Assembly (NCBI RefSeq): GCF_026151205.1
Contig: NC_087073.1
Span: 10,266,636 to 10,330,635 of the forward strand
Source of the DNA: Bolinopsis microptera
Taxonomy: Eukaryota
Direction: 5' to 3'
DNA length: 64,000 nt
Positions 23,101 through 32,443 of this stretch are shown one piece after another. How positions within the stretch are numbered: the stretch's first letter is position 1; each line of letters opens with the position of its first letter. A program made the translations under genes and the position numbers. Under the pieces are notes generated by a model, which worked only from the letters and a program-made list of their open reading frames with translations, did no database searches and was not told the DNA's origin.

Positions 23101-23841
23101 CCTTTAAAATGGCTGTCTTCTTCAACTCCAAGTCCCTATAACTAAACTGTTTACCAATGTCAGGCTTAACACTCGACAGAATTCTCGATCCCAATAACTC
23201 CCTGCTATCCATAATACCCAGAATCAGGTGCAGCTGCATCTCTCTTTTGATAAGTTTTTCATTAATCGCATGTAACCTAATTTTGAAATCATCTGTATCA
23301 CTTGGCTCCATAACAGGTCTTTATGACACTCGAAACACAGACTGGTCTTAACGTGTTCACACGAAAACAGGGGGGTGTTCAAGTATCTCCTCAGATCCAC
23401 AGATGATGATGTTAGGTTTGTGCCGTCTCCCTATGTGTCAAGGGGGTTGTCATGTGTCAAATCAATTTGGTTTGGACACATAGTAAGACAGCACAAATAT
23501 AGGTGAATTCTTCGTATATTTACATCTCTAGCCTATAAAAATAAAATTAGGTTAGACTAATGAAAGCAATTTAAAAGTTAACAACTTGAAAATTCAAAAC
23601 AGATTTTAATCTGAAACTTTACTAAAGAGCTCAATGTGCTAGGTAGAATGGACAACAGAGCATAACAGATTATTCAGCGAGTAACTACAATCCTATTTAA
23701 CCCAAAAATATTAGTTCTAAATTTTGAAATAAGAATGCTCTCTTCTCTATCAAGTTCTGTTGGTCGGACTTTTCTTACTACACCTAATTTAAAAACTCCC
23801 ATAGTGAAATCAGATTTATGCGCTAGAAAACAATGCATGGA
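20186..23841 (-). mobile_element. Penelope-like retroelement (PLE): one full unit plus a partial tandem pLTR copy at its 5' side, with a target-site duplication
   Basis: The 970-aa ORF carries RT motifs (FIDDVFGIW) and a C-terminal GIY-YIG nuclease (IIYVAQCQICN...TYFGQTVSPFHIRMNGHRNKF). 23459-23841 is a near-exact duplicate of 20186-20568, the typical Penelope partial tandem. The direct repeat AACGATGTATCCT lies at 20173-20185 and 23842-23854. Confidence 0.8.
20399..23311 (-). CDS. PLE ORF: reverse transcriptase plus GIY-YIG endonuclease, apparently intact
   Basis: Uninterrupted 970-aa ORF. Domain motifs as above. Confidence 0.8.
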   Translation of the reverse strand: MEPSDTDDFKIRLHAINEKLIKREMQLHLILGIMDSRELLGSRILSSVKPDIGKQFSYRDLELKKTAILKDARLRILKECSVVEANRDIVKLGQQFSKLLKLVEDSGPTLQSLQNKAEKVRERIRKTHQKKIQFHLNKQGTEANPPSSNSKRKKWRKASAEKKKAGRKRYQKNKQNRKKLWLEQRVKEISSTVVRNLSHVEVPDIAFLYLAKGLNFVESKKASKEDLQYDTKEFLRKVSWTAFFHDNPTENNSFNEDEHPGLRIPSRRHPEYSNPLFDEIKTKLMGFVNSFMPADPKSNLTPAERRGKRWILKNIEDENIFVTKADKGGSTLILDYKEAVECVQRNLGDRDNFAHSQMSVEEKMTDVKNNVKDAVLLALSEGKITEKDKKLITGLNENNNQMHAHVFKPVVPYVYPLFKLHKLSPQQIEGKIVPPTRLVHATKEGPLYRLEKWVSPYLTDVSRIYCQQEFLLDTPDLLSNIKNLNESADMSKYSTINLFTLDVISLYPSIKPEIAMSALEHALNGSTMIDKRKAILKTFTETIFTNSFVTFQENVYTGKKGIPTGNCISRQVADIMLHWVLFINIWPEMIQLWSLILFWRRFIDDVFGIWKGSRRQFDLFVSKLNEAAKRFGIQFGDCQFGKSVNYLDVELSLGENNNIDYRLFKKETDARLYLNTDSFHPNHVFKSVVFSQMIRVIKRNSQDHTCVEDLEELKEDLMKSGHKEGTLTETEPEAVLRSIEHDLYEREEKKPITDKVVFSVKFFKEVTELRKLVHSTSEDIKQLCGDVQILFALRKQPSIGNTVVRNRKLSSCSETDSFTVSQNCGGRGCATCPQLFNSNEVITVNGLDLTLDFRLTCKDSNIIYVAQCQICNKLPQSLKDDTYFGQTVSPFHIRMNGHRNKFKIDNELSFEKSALSMHCFLAHKSDFTMGVFKLGVVRKVRPTELDREESILISKFRTNIFGLNRIVVTR

Positions 23842-24286
23842 AACGATGTATCCTGACATGATGTGTCCGATAGAATTAGAAACTAAAGTTTTCTCCATAG
23901 TTATTAACCAAGATATCAAAGTTAGAGTTTCCCCTCAGAAGAAGGCTCGTGTGATCTACATTCCTTAGGGTGGCATTCCTTAAAGATCGGAGAGAAGGTT
24001 TGAGTTTTTAATTTGGGGATTCAAAACTTTAACTTGAGGTTGTGGTCTTTAAGTTTATGTTTAATGCATATGTTGACTGAATAATAATTATTTAAACGAC
24101 AACCTCAACGATTCTCATAAGTGTTATCATTATTGTTTCCGTAATAACGTGAAGTGGATAACGTGAAATGGATAAAATGCTAGGTAATAAATCGATTCTA
24201 TGGATTAAAACTTGGTAATGACAGCTTAGTAATCCGTCGGAGCAACAAAAAAATGGGGCTTGCCGTTCATTATACACCGAATAAAT

Positions 24287-24542
24287 TTAGACTATGTTAA
24301 AACAAAATGTGATTACTTTTCTGCTTTTAGGTTTGTTAGTGTAACCTGGCTGAGGTCTGTAGAAATCGGATGCAGTGTCGTAGACCTCAAACTCTATCTC
24401 TGTTACATCCCTACTCCAGTCTTTGGTCCACGACTTGTCTCCACATGTAGCGTCTGAGAAAAGGAAATCGAGCACCTCCACCTCGTCGCAGTGTAGAACC
24501 AATCTGATACTCGAGGTCTTAACTAATGTTATTCTCCAGACC
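24287..24542 (-). CDS. Terminal exon of the minus-strand secreted-protein paralog
   Basis: Minus-sense acceptor ctaaacag, then VWRITLVKTSSIRLVLHCDEVEVLDFLFSDATCGDKSWTKDWSRDVTEIEFEVYDTASDFYRPQPGY...NIV and a stop. Confidence 0.55.
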
Positions 24543-24669
24543 TGTTTAGAAGATAATCGTCATGTTCGTGTCTGAGTTCAATTAATGAGTAATTCGGTGG
24601 GGCTAATTGCAGATATTTTTTGAATATTTCTGATATTTTTGCGTTTCGTCTTAGCATTCATGGCGCATA

Positions 24670-24915
24670 CCTTTTCCGTATCTGAGGAACTGATATTTAC
24701 GGGTAAGTCAATGCTATCCGTGCTACAATCCCAAATCCAGAACTTTACGGAAGAGCCGAAACTGAGGTTGATGCCTCCTGCATAGTGTCCCTCTGAAGTG
24801 GAAAAGAACACAGTCACCCTATCATTACTATCCAGCTCACTGTTTGTCCTTATCTCCAGAGGTGTGGTCTCCAGATGGTAGTTGTAGTACGCATCACGTT
24901 CTATTGACAGCCAGC
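24670..24915 (-). CDS. Middle exon of the minus-strand paralog
   Basis: Acceptor ttaaaccag, then (G)WLSIERDAYYNYHLETTPLEIRTNSELDSNDRVTVFFSTSEGHYAGGINLSFGSSVKFWIWDCSTDSIDLPVNISSSDTEK and donor AAG|GTATGC. Confidence 0.55.
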
Positions 24916-25317
24916 CTGGTTTAATTGTAAAAATTAAAGCATGAAGGTGTTCATTAGCTGATTATGCAGTGAGAAAGTGAATCTGAATAAACTCAACTAA
25001 GTATATCCAGTATACAACTAATCAAACCTTGATAAAATATTACAACACTACAAATCTATTACATTTATTGAGTATCGTGTAGTGGAATGGAAGCATTTTA
25101 ACCAGGTGTAGTCAGTTCACACCCTCATGGCTCCATAACATGAAGAGTTTGTTTTAATTTTAGATAAAAAGCTCGATCTGGGAGTCGTCGAGGAGAAAGG
25201 GCTTTTTTTCTGTGAATCAAAATTTTTGATTTACATGAACATCAACAAAATGTTTGGTAAATGGCGTTGAAGGATGACAATTTTAGATCAGACGGACAAT
25301 AATCATGAAAAATTCAC

Positions 25318-25375
25318 CTTCATCATCAGCTGTAGAGCCAATGGATAGAAGAGATAACAGAAAGATCATCACCAT
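25318..25375 (-). CDS. First exon (signal peptide) of the minus-strand paralog
   Basis: ATG at 25375 (minus sense), MVMIFLLSLLSIGSTADDE then donor G|GTGAAT in phase 1. Confidence 0.45.
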
Positions 25376-26011
25376 ATATACTGATTCTGTTTAATCTAAA
25401 CCCTTGTGGTTTGGGATTGTAACAATAACGGGAGAGCTGGGGTAATGTGATAATTTCAATGATAAAGTTTGTGTATACCTAGACGTTGGGTCCAATAAAG
25501 AACAACACAACTCAGGGAGTAACAAACTTGAATAACCTTGAATAATATACAATATACATCCAGCTTCAAACACGAGCAAGATACATGTAAAAGCTAACAC
25601 AAGTAAAATGTCGAGAATCGAGAGTCGAGACAAAATTACTTACTCTTGACTTACAAAAGTTATAAACGAATTTCAAATACTTGTGCTGACTTTTACGAGA
25701 CATATTTAAAAGTGTGAACCTCAAAAAACTTCAATCAACGAGTACATGCACAGTGTGTATTACACGCAATATCTAGAGAAAGGTGACTAAATGCTTATGG
25801 CTACTATAATCGGTACACATTTCGTAGTTCAACATGATCGTGTAAATAACTGAGAGGGTGTAGACTGTAGTTCGTGAGGTAACTTAATATTTAAAATATT
25901 TTATGCATAACTTAATCGGTAATACCATAAATTTAGTTTCGATAACCTAAATGTCATTAGTTTCAGTTATATAATGAAAATTATATTGTGAATGAACTGT
26001 AGATATTGGTA

Positions 26012-26110
26012 TACCTTATCGGACTTTATTTGGACGGACATTACTTGAACGCTGGAGGCCCTAGCTCGTTCATCTTAATGTCCGTTCAAATAAAGTCCGT
26101 TCAATTAATG
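26012..26110. repeat. Short hairpin (inverted repeat) element
   Basis: ggactttatttggacggacattacttgaacg pairs with cgttcatcttaatgtccgttcaaataaagtcc. More GTCCGT(T/C)CAA copies follow. Confidence 0.5.
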
Positions 26111-26788
26111 TCCGTCCAAGTTAAAGTCCGTTGAATTTTTTTCAAAAATTTTTTCATTTCGAACTTTTTGTCCAGAATATGACAATTTTTTAATTTCAGT
26201 CAATTTCAATAGCTATCATCAGACTAAACTATATTGTTGAATTAATAAAAACAAGGTATTATAAAATTTTAACAATCTGAATTGTAAATATCACATTATT
26301 GCATGATCACTATCTTGAAGTTGATCAGAAGTTCACATATCTTTCTGTACCTGGAAACCAGCCAGTTCATGGGAAGGAGCTGGAGAAGAGAAATCCCTAA
26401 AGACAGACACCTTGTTGCTCTGGAGATGAGTGTCTGCAAGGTGGGTGCAAATTTCCTATCTTTCTATCAACAAGGCCGGTGCTTTATATGAATCATAAAG
26501 TTATACCTTTATATACCGGGTACCTTGATGTCAATGCTAAATTATGGCCAATATATTCATTTTGTCTGAGATAAGTAAAATGTGTAAATATTTCTCGATA
26601 TCAGTAGGCAATTAAGATAGATTGAATCAATACTTCACACTGTCGACTAAAATTAAATTTTCGTTTGTATATCCACTAACATCTCTCTATTTCCAAGCCT
26701 TCTTCTGTGATCACAGAAGCTACTTTTCCTTTCTTTCTAGTCCCAATTTCGTCGTCATGAACAGTATCAGACAGTATCTGCCCTATTC

Positions 26789-27666
26789 TTAGCTCAACTC
26801 CAAACTCAGTAGGAGTTGTAATCTTCTCGTCTCCGATCTGTGTTGCAGCAACAGCTGCATTTGTTTTTCCTCAGTCACTTCTATATTTTGAAATTCAGTC
26901 TCTTCTTGCTGAACCGATCTTGTGCGGAGGCTGTCAAATTCTGATAAATTAGATACATGAGTAAAAAGTTTCTGAACTGGAGCTCCGATCAGTTTTGAAA
27001 TAGTGTCGCCATTTATCAGTGGATTGATGACTGAGTTTATGGGCAGTATGAGCATTGAAAAGAAGCTGTGGCATCAATGCGTTCCAGAGAGTGTAGAATG
27101 CAGATAACAATAAAAGGAATCCAGCATAGGAAGATAGTTGCCACAATAAAAGCTATCTTCCTATTCATTTTCCTTGTCCGTCGAGAGGCCTGCTTTTTAG
27201 TCTGGGTATTTGATACGTTTTTTGAGGAGTTGCTGGAATTTAAGGCGATGAGAAGATACGAAGTGGAGATGAAAATGAAGCAAATGGAATTGAGAGCTAT
27301 ATCATTATAGTATGCTCCAGACAAATAGTTTCTGGGGATCGTCTATGTTGACAAAGTATTTAAAAAGACATACTACGTCGTTTCCGTAGAAATTAAGATT
27401 GATGATCGTAGCAGTGTGATCTACATACATTCCATCATGTGAGATTTGAGAACATGCCTGCAACTATTTCCCAGCTCAACGTCGTTTCTCTCATACTGCA
27501 TACGTTCGTAGTACGTCTCCAGAACCGGCAAAATGTCTCTCTTGTTTGCAGTTCCGATAAAAAATCGCAGTTCATCAAGGAATTTAACCCCGTTAACGAA
27601 GAAATCTTCAAATATCTCGATGATTGGAATAATGGAAACCGAAATTGATGCAACAAGGAGCAACAT
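26789..27666 (-). pseudogene. Rhodopsin-like (class A) GPCR, intronless, with frameshifts between TM segments. Probable pseudogene, or assembly indels.
   Basis: TM6 with the CWxP motif (RKIAFIVATIFLCWIPFIV). TM7 with an NPxxY-like motif (LPINSVINPLIN). TM5/ICL3 (YLLIALNSSNSSKNV...RRTRKMNRK). The segments lie in three different frames: ORFs 27421-27666, 27037-27324 and 26789-27055 overlap or abut without splice signals. Confidence 0.45.
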
Positions 27667-28454
27667 TGCCCCTGCTATAAGTTTAGGCGATGTTGGATGT
27701 GATCCAAGTTACTCTGCCTGGTGTCTTTTTTGAGTTCCAAACAATACAAAGTCTGACAAAGCTTAACACAGTCATGGAGAATAAATAAATCTGTGATCCG
27801 ATAGTGCTGACAACGCCAATAACTGAATACTCAGTGCTTGTCATCCACTTCATTTGATCTCTGCAGTATAATCCATCTTTTGAGGTGATGTTAATGTTAT
27901 CATAGACTGCTATGCTGAGAAGTCGAGAAGATAACAGCCCACTAGGAAGTCACCAAAAGAAATCAAAATCACTAAACATTTGTTGACCATAACAACAGCG
28001 TTTTTACTGGTACCCAGCTTGCGTAGAGACTTTATGATTATTAATATTATTACAATAGATAGTTTTTGGGAGTTCCAAATAGTTTCTGATTATTCTGATT
28101 TCTTGCGACAAATGATACTGCACTGTTAGAATAAACGACGTTTCAAAGTAACAACTTCGTACTCATGCTAATATTATTATTATATATATTATATATATTA
28201 TATAATATTATTACGTTTGCGATGATATATAATAATAGCCGATATCCCGATAGACCATGACAGAATTTTAATGATAAGAGTTGCCCAGAAATTTTTTCAG
28301 CAGTGATCGTTGCATTCATTTGTGTTATCCAAGCAATCAAATTTCCCATCGCATTTTTTAGTCATCGTTATGAAATCATCTGGATCACATCTGATCGAAG
28401 TGATTTGTACCGCTCCTACTAAATCGCTCGCCCAAATTTTAAGAAAATTCTTGT

Positions 28455-28519
28455 GAAAAGGCCCTTTGGGCATAAAAAGTGATCTGGATGGGTGTATTTT
28501 TGGACGCTGATTCCGAATC

Positions 28520-28552
<33 letters not shown>

Positions 28553-29087
28553 ATGACGTAGGGTTAAAATGCTTCCCTGGAGAGTTATGGGCAAAAAACC
28601 ATTTTGGTCACGTGACAGGCTAGTAAAATACGAATTCGATTGTTTAGGGCCCGGGTTAGGGTTAGAGTTGTGGTAAGGGTTATGGTTAGCTTCGGGGTTA
28701 TGGTTAGGATGATAATTAATCACTCTACACTCGACTGTCACGTGACTTTTTCAACCCGTTCTCTAGCTGGTCCTGAACGACTATTCGAAACCCTAACCCT
28801 CTTATTTGATCCCAACCCTAACCCTAACCCAATCCTTAACAAAAGCATATGCTGAAACCCTAACCCTAACGAGAAATTAGACTAACTTCCTTATACTGTA
28901 TACGGTCATATCACGTGATCGAGACAGTTTTTCGCCTATATCTCTTCAGGGGAGCATTTTAACCCTATGTCATGGGGGTGATTCGGAATCAGCGTCCGAA
29001 AATACATCGATTGAAGTTGGTTTCAACTGTCGGGGGCCCTTTTAGAACAATCTCGAACTCGAAGATCGACTGTATGTAGAATGATTT
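28455..29087. mobile_element. Composite T-MITE locus. A forward partial copy (28455-28717) is fused head-to-head to a complete reverse copy (28718-29087), with more TTAGGG-like sequence downstream (29100-29180).
   Basis: Homologous to 6736-7192 in both orientations: GGACGCTGATTCCGAATCA...ATGACGTAGGGTTAAAATGC forward, and its reverse complement at 28940-29010. TIR ATTAATCACTCTACACTCGAC lies at 28718. TCACGTGA occurs three times. Confidence 0.6.
28522..28552. repeat. 31-nt poly-C homopolymer inside the T-MITE TIR-proximal motif GAATCA(C)nATGAC
   Basis: The same position has C5 in copy 1 (6893) and C4 in copy 3. This looks like a homopolymer expansion. It produces the spurious poly-Gly ORFs 28297-28554 and 28439-28741. 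Confidence 0.9.
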
Positions 29088-29394
29088 AGTACGCTTGTTA
29101 TGGTTAGGGTTAGTATAGGATTGGGATTAGGGTTTATGTAAAACCGTTTTGTACGGCTGCAAAACCATAAAAACCAAAGTCACGTGAAATTTTCATTTGA
29201 TGCATCGCCACAATAATATAGCATCAACCCAATCACAAACTTGGAAATACTCGATACATTTTAGTTTGTTATTAATATTACGAACAAAATTATATTTATT
29301 AATATAAATATTGTCTGGAGACCTGATAAAAAACGTACAAGATAATAGTAATTGTTGGAAACTAATCTAACATACATATAGTATTATTGGATGT

Positions 29395-29760
29395 GCAGCG
29401 TGGCCCAGTTGCTAATTGTCCATTGTTAATGGACTAGCCCGGCGCGCGCTACTTTATACCGCTACTTTATAGCACTTACTTGCCGTTGGCCTTGACCATT
29501 GGTAATGGTCTGGCCCGGCGCGCTACTTCGTAGCACGTGCCATCGGGCCATAACATTTCGAGAAGAAAGCGGCGCGCGCTACTTTGACGGATGTTACTCG
29601 TCTAAATTGCTTGACGGATGTTACTCGTCTAAATTTCTTCGAAGTAGCGCGCGCCGCTTTTTTCTCGAAATGGCCCGGTGGCAAGTGCTACGAAGTAGCG
29701 CGCGCCGAGCCAGATCATTAACAATGGTCAAGCGCTACCTCGAAAAAATTTAGACGAGTC
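29395..29760. repeat. GC-rich compound palindrome (nested inverted repeats)
   Basis: Repeated CCGGCGCGCGCTACTT / AAGTAGCGCGCGCCG(G) arms lie around a centre near 29620, where TTGACGGATGTTACTCGTCTAAAT occurs twice. The outer arms GGCCCAGTTGCTAATTGTCCATTGTTAATGG and CCAGATCATTAACAATGGTC are also inverted. Confidence 0.6.
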
Positions 29761-30995
29761 ACCACGTGATACAACGTCCTGGTAGGTTGTAAACCTAAAA
29801 TTCCTAATATTGACCGCGGTCGACGAGTCCAACCCAGCTAGTGCGCATTTTGGTAGGGTATAAACCTACAAGCTACTAGTATTTTGAAAATTTAAACAAG
29901 TTATATCATTTGTCAAGATTTAAAAATTGAGCGGTTTTGTAATTTTTTGTCGATTTCACATTCAACATTGGAATAGAACAGTAACAAATATTAAAAATTT
30001 AAGCACGATTCTTTAAAAATTTAATGAATGCAGCCCACATACAATTTAATGTACACGTTTTGAGTTTATATTTGTATCAGAGGTGCGAAAAGGAACTTTG
30101 TTAATAATGTAATCTTGATTTGAACTTGGAGCCACAAGGCCAGGGTGATTTTCAAATGTTTCCTCGCTGTATCGTTGCCCAAACATTTTAGGCAACTTAT
30201 TAGCTAGCATCTTTTAAAAGATATTAGCCTCTCTTCCATTCCACCGTTGTTAATACTGTTCTTTTGTCAGACATATTAATCAGTTGGTCTGTCGACAGTC
30301 GAGATGGAGGCTTATAGAATATATTGGAGACCAGTATATATATATTTTACTAACTGCATTTAGCTAGTTTATAGTAAATACACACGATCGCAGAATAGAG
30401 GAGTACAATTGGGCTCTTTGTTCTGTGACCGTGTTTCCTCGGTGGGCCGACAGGTTTTTGTTGTGTAGTAGTGCTGGGGAAAAAACACGCTTTAACTATC
30501 AATGAGAGTAAATATTTTTAATTCTCGACCTTAGTGTGAAGGTTAAATGACATGAGGGGCTCTGCCTTGACAATTTTATATTCTAGTACACTAGCACTTG
30601 TTATTTGGGTTAATGGTTAATGGTTATGATAGTTAAAATATGACCATAAGCATCATTTAAAACCAGAAATCAATATATATATATAATGCTGTACAATGTG
30701 GTGAAGGCCCGATATTTGCAGCTTTTCTGTAGAACAGAAATATCAGTAAAACAAAAATATAATTTGTATGCCAATTTTATTCTTTCTTAAAGTTAAGTTG
30801 TTTGCCCCCTGGAAATAGACGAACAATCAACAAATAACTGCGACTGTGTCATTGCCCCAGTATTATGCCCAATTTTGTCATAGAATTAGCATATCCAATA
30901 TCCATGGCAATAATGATTGTTCCCCCACGAAATCTACATGCATTTTCCTGAAGTTACTCCACAATAATTTATTTTATACTGCCTTCAATTATTAA

Positions 30996-31027
<32 letters not shown>

Positions 31028-32379
31028 CACCCTGATTTTTTTGTGAAACTTGGTTTCGAGATAGCAGTTGATCAACAAACTAAGACCGGTGACCGAACTT
31101 GTGAGGGGGTCCCGGACCCCAACCGCCAAACGGTGCCCGCGGGGCAGCCACGCCCATATTTGGTCCAAATTAGGCCCAATTTAGCCAAATACCCTGAACA
31201 TGCCCAAAATACAGATTTTAGGTGCTTTACTTGTAGCTAGTGGTCTCCTGAACTCGTATATGAATTTTCATCAAGATTGGACAAAAAATGACTGAGTTAT
31301 GAGCCAAAAACCATATGACCATATTTGGGCATACGCTCCAAAATTCATAGATTTTGGCCCATTAATTGGTCAAATATCATTATTTTTGAATGAAACCAAC
31401 TTTATATGGAAGGTAAGCCTATACTACACATTCTCTATGATTATCAGCTTAATATCTACCTAACTGTGGATTCTGTGTTCAAATAATCGCAAAAAAAGAA
31501 CAAAATCGCCTATATCTCAGTTCGCGATATTTGCAAAAACTGATTTCGCTCAAAACAATAGAACTCAATAGGGTTTCAATATTTTTACATGAAATTTTCA
31601 GAATCAACGTAGAATCGCATTTCGACCTTAAGTTTTGTATTGGAATTTTGAGTTAGGCCTTTAAAAAAATTTGGCGGCCAAATTCCAAATTTTGCAATGC
31701 GAAATTCAGAATTTGGCCGCCAAATTTTTTTAAAGGCCTAACTCAAAATTTCAATACAAAACTTAAGGTCGAAATGCGATTCTACGTTGATTCTGAAAAT
31801 TTCATGTAAAAATATTGAAACCCTATTGAGTTCTATTGTTTTGAGCGAAATCAGTTTTTGCAAATATCGCGAACTGAGATATAGGCGATTTTGTTCATTT
31901 TTTGCGATTATTTGAACACAGAATCCACAGTTAGGTAGATATTAAGCTGATAATCATAGAGAATGTGTAGTATAGGCTTACCTTCCATATAAAGTTGGTT
32001 TCATTCAAAAATATTGATATTTGACCAATTTATGGGCCAAAATCTATGAATTTTGGAGCATATGCCTAAATATGGTTATATGGTTTTTGGCTCATAACTC
32101 AGTCATTTTTTGTCCAATCTTGATGAAAATTCATGTACGAGTTCAGGGAACCACTAGCTACAAGTAGAGCATCTAAAATCTGTATTTTAGGTATGTTCAG
32201 GGTATTTGGCTAAATTGGGCCTAATTTGGACCAAATATGGGCGTGGCTGCCCCGCGGGCACCGTTTGGCGGTTGGGGTCCGGGACCCCCTCAAAAGTTCG
32301 GTCACTGGTCCTAGTCTGTTGGTCAGCTGTTATCTCGAAACCAAGTTTCACAAAAAAATCAGGGTGAACCCCCCCCCCC
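30996..32379. mobile_element. Large near-perfect palindromic foldback element with homopolymer termini (G30 ... C11), flanked by TTAA. Element B.
   Basis: G run 30996-31025 and C run 32369-32379. The two ~680-bp arms are about 95% identical as reverse complements around a centre near 31688 (GGCGGCCAAATTCCAAATTTTGCAATGCGAAATTCAGAATTTGGCCGCC). TTAA at 30992-30995 and 32380-32383. Confidence 0.75.
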
Positions 32380-32443
32380 TTAATGTTTTTTAGATTTTTC
32401 TATGTAGTTGAATTGATTCGCCAATTTGTTTTAGCTTCATGTT

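Noticed and set aside
31043-31240. 65-aa ORF inside the palindromic foldback element
   Set aside because: It lies wholly within a TIR arm and is mirrored on the other arm. There is no coding signature.
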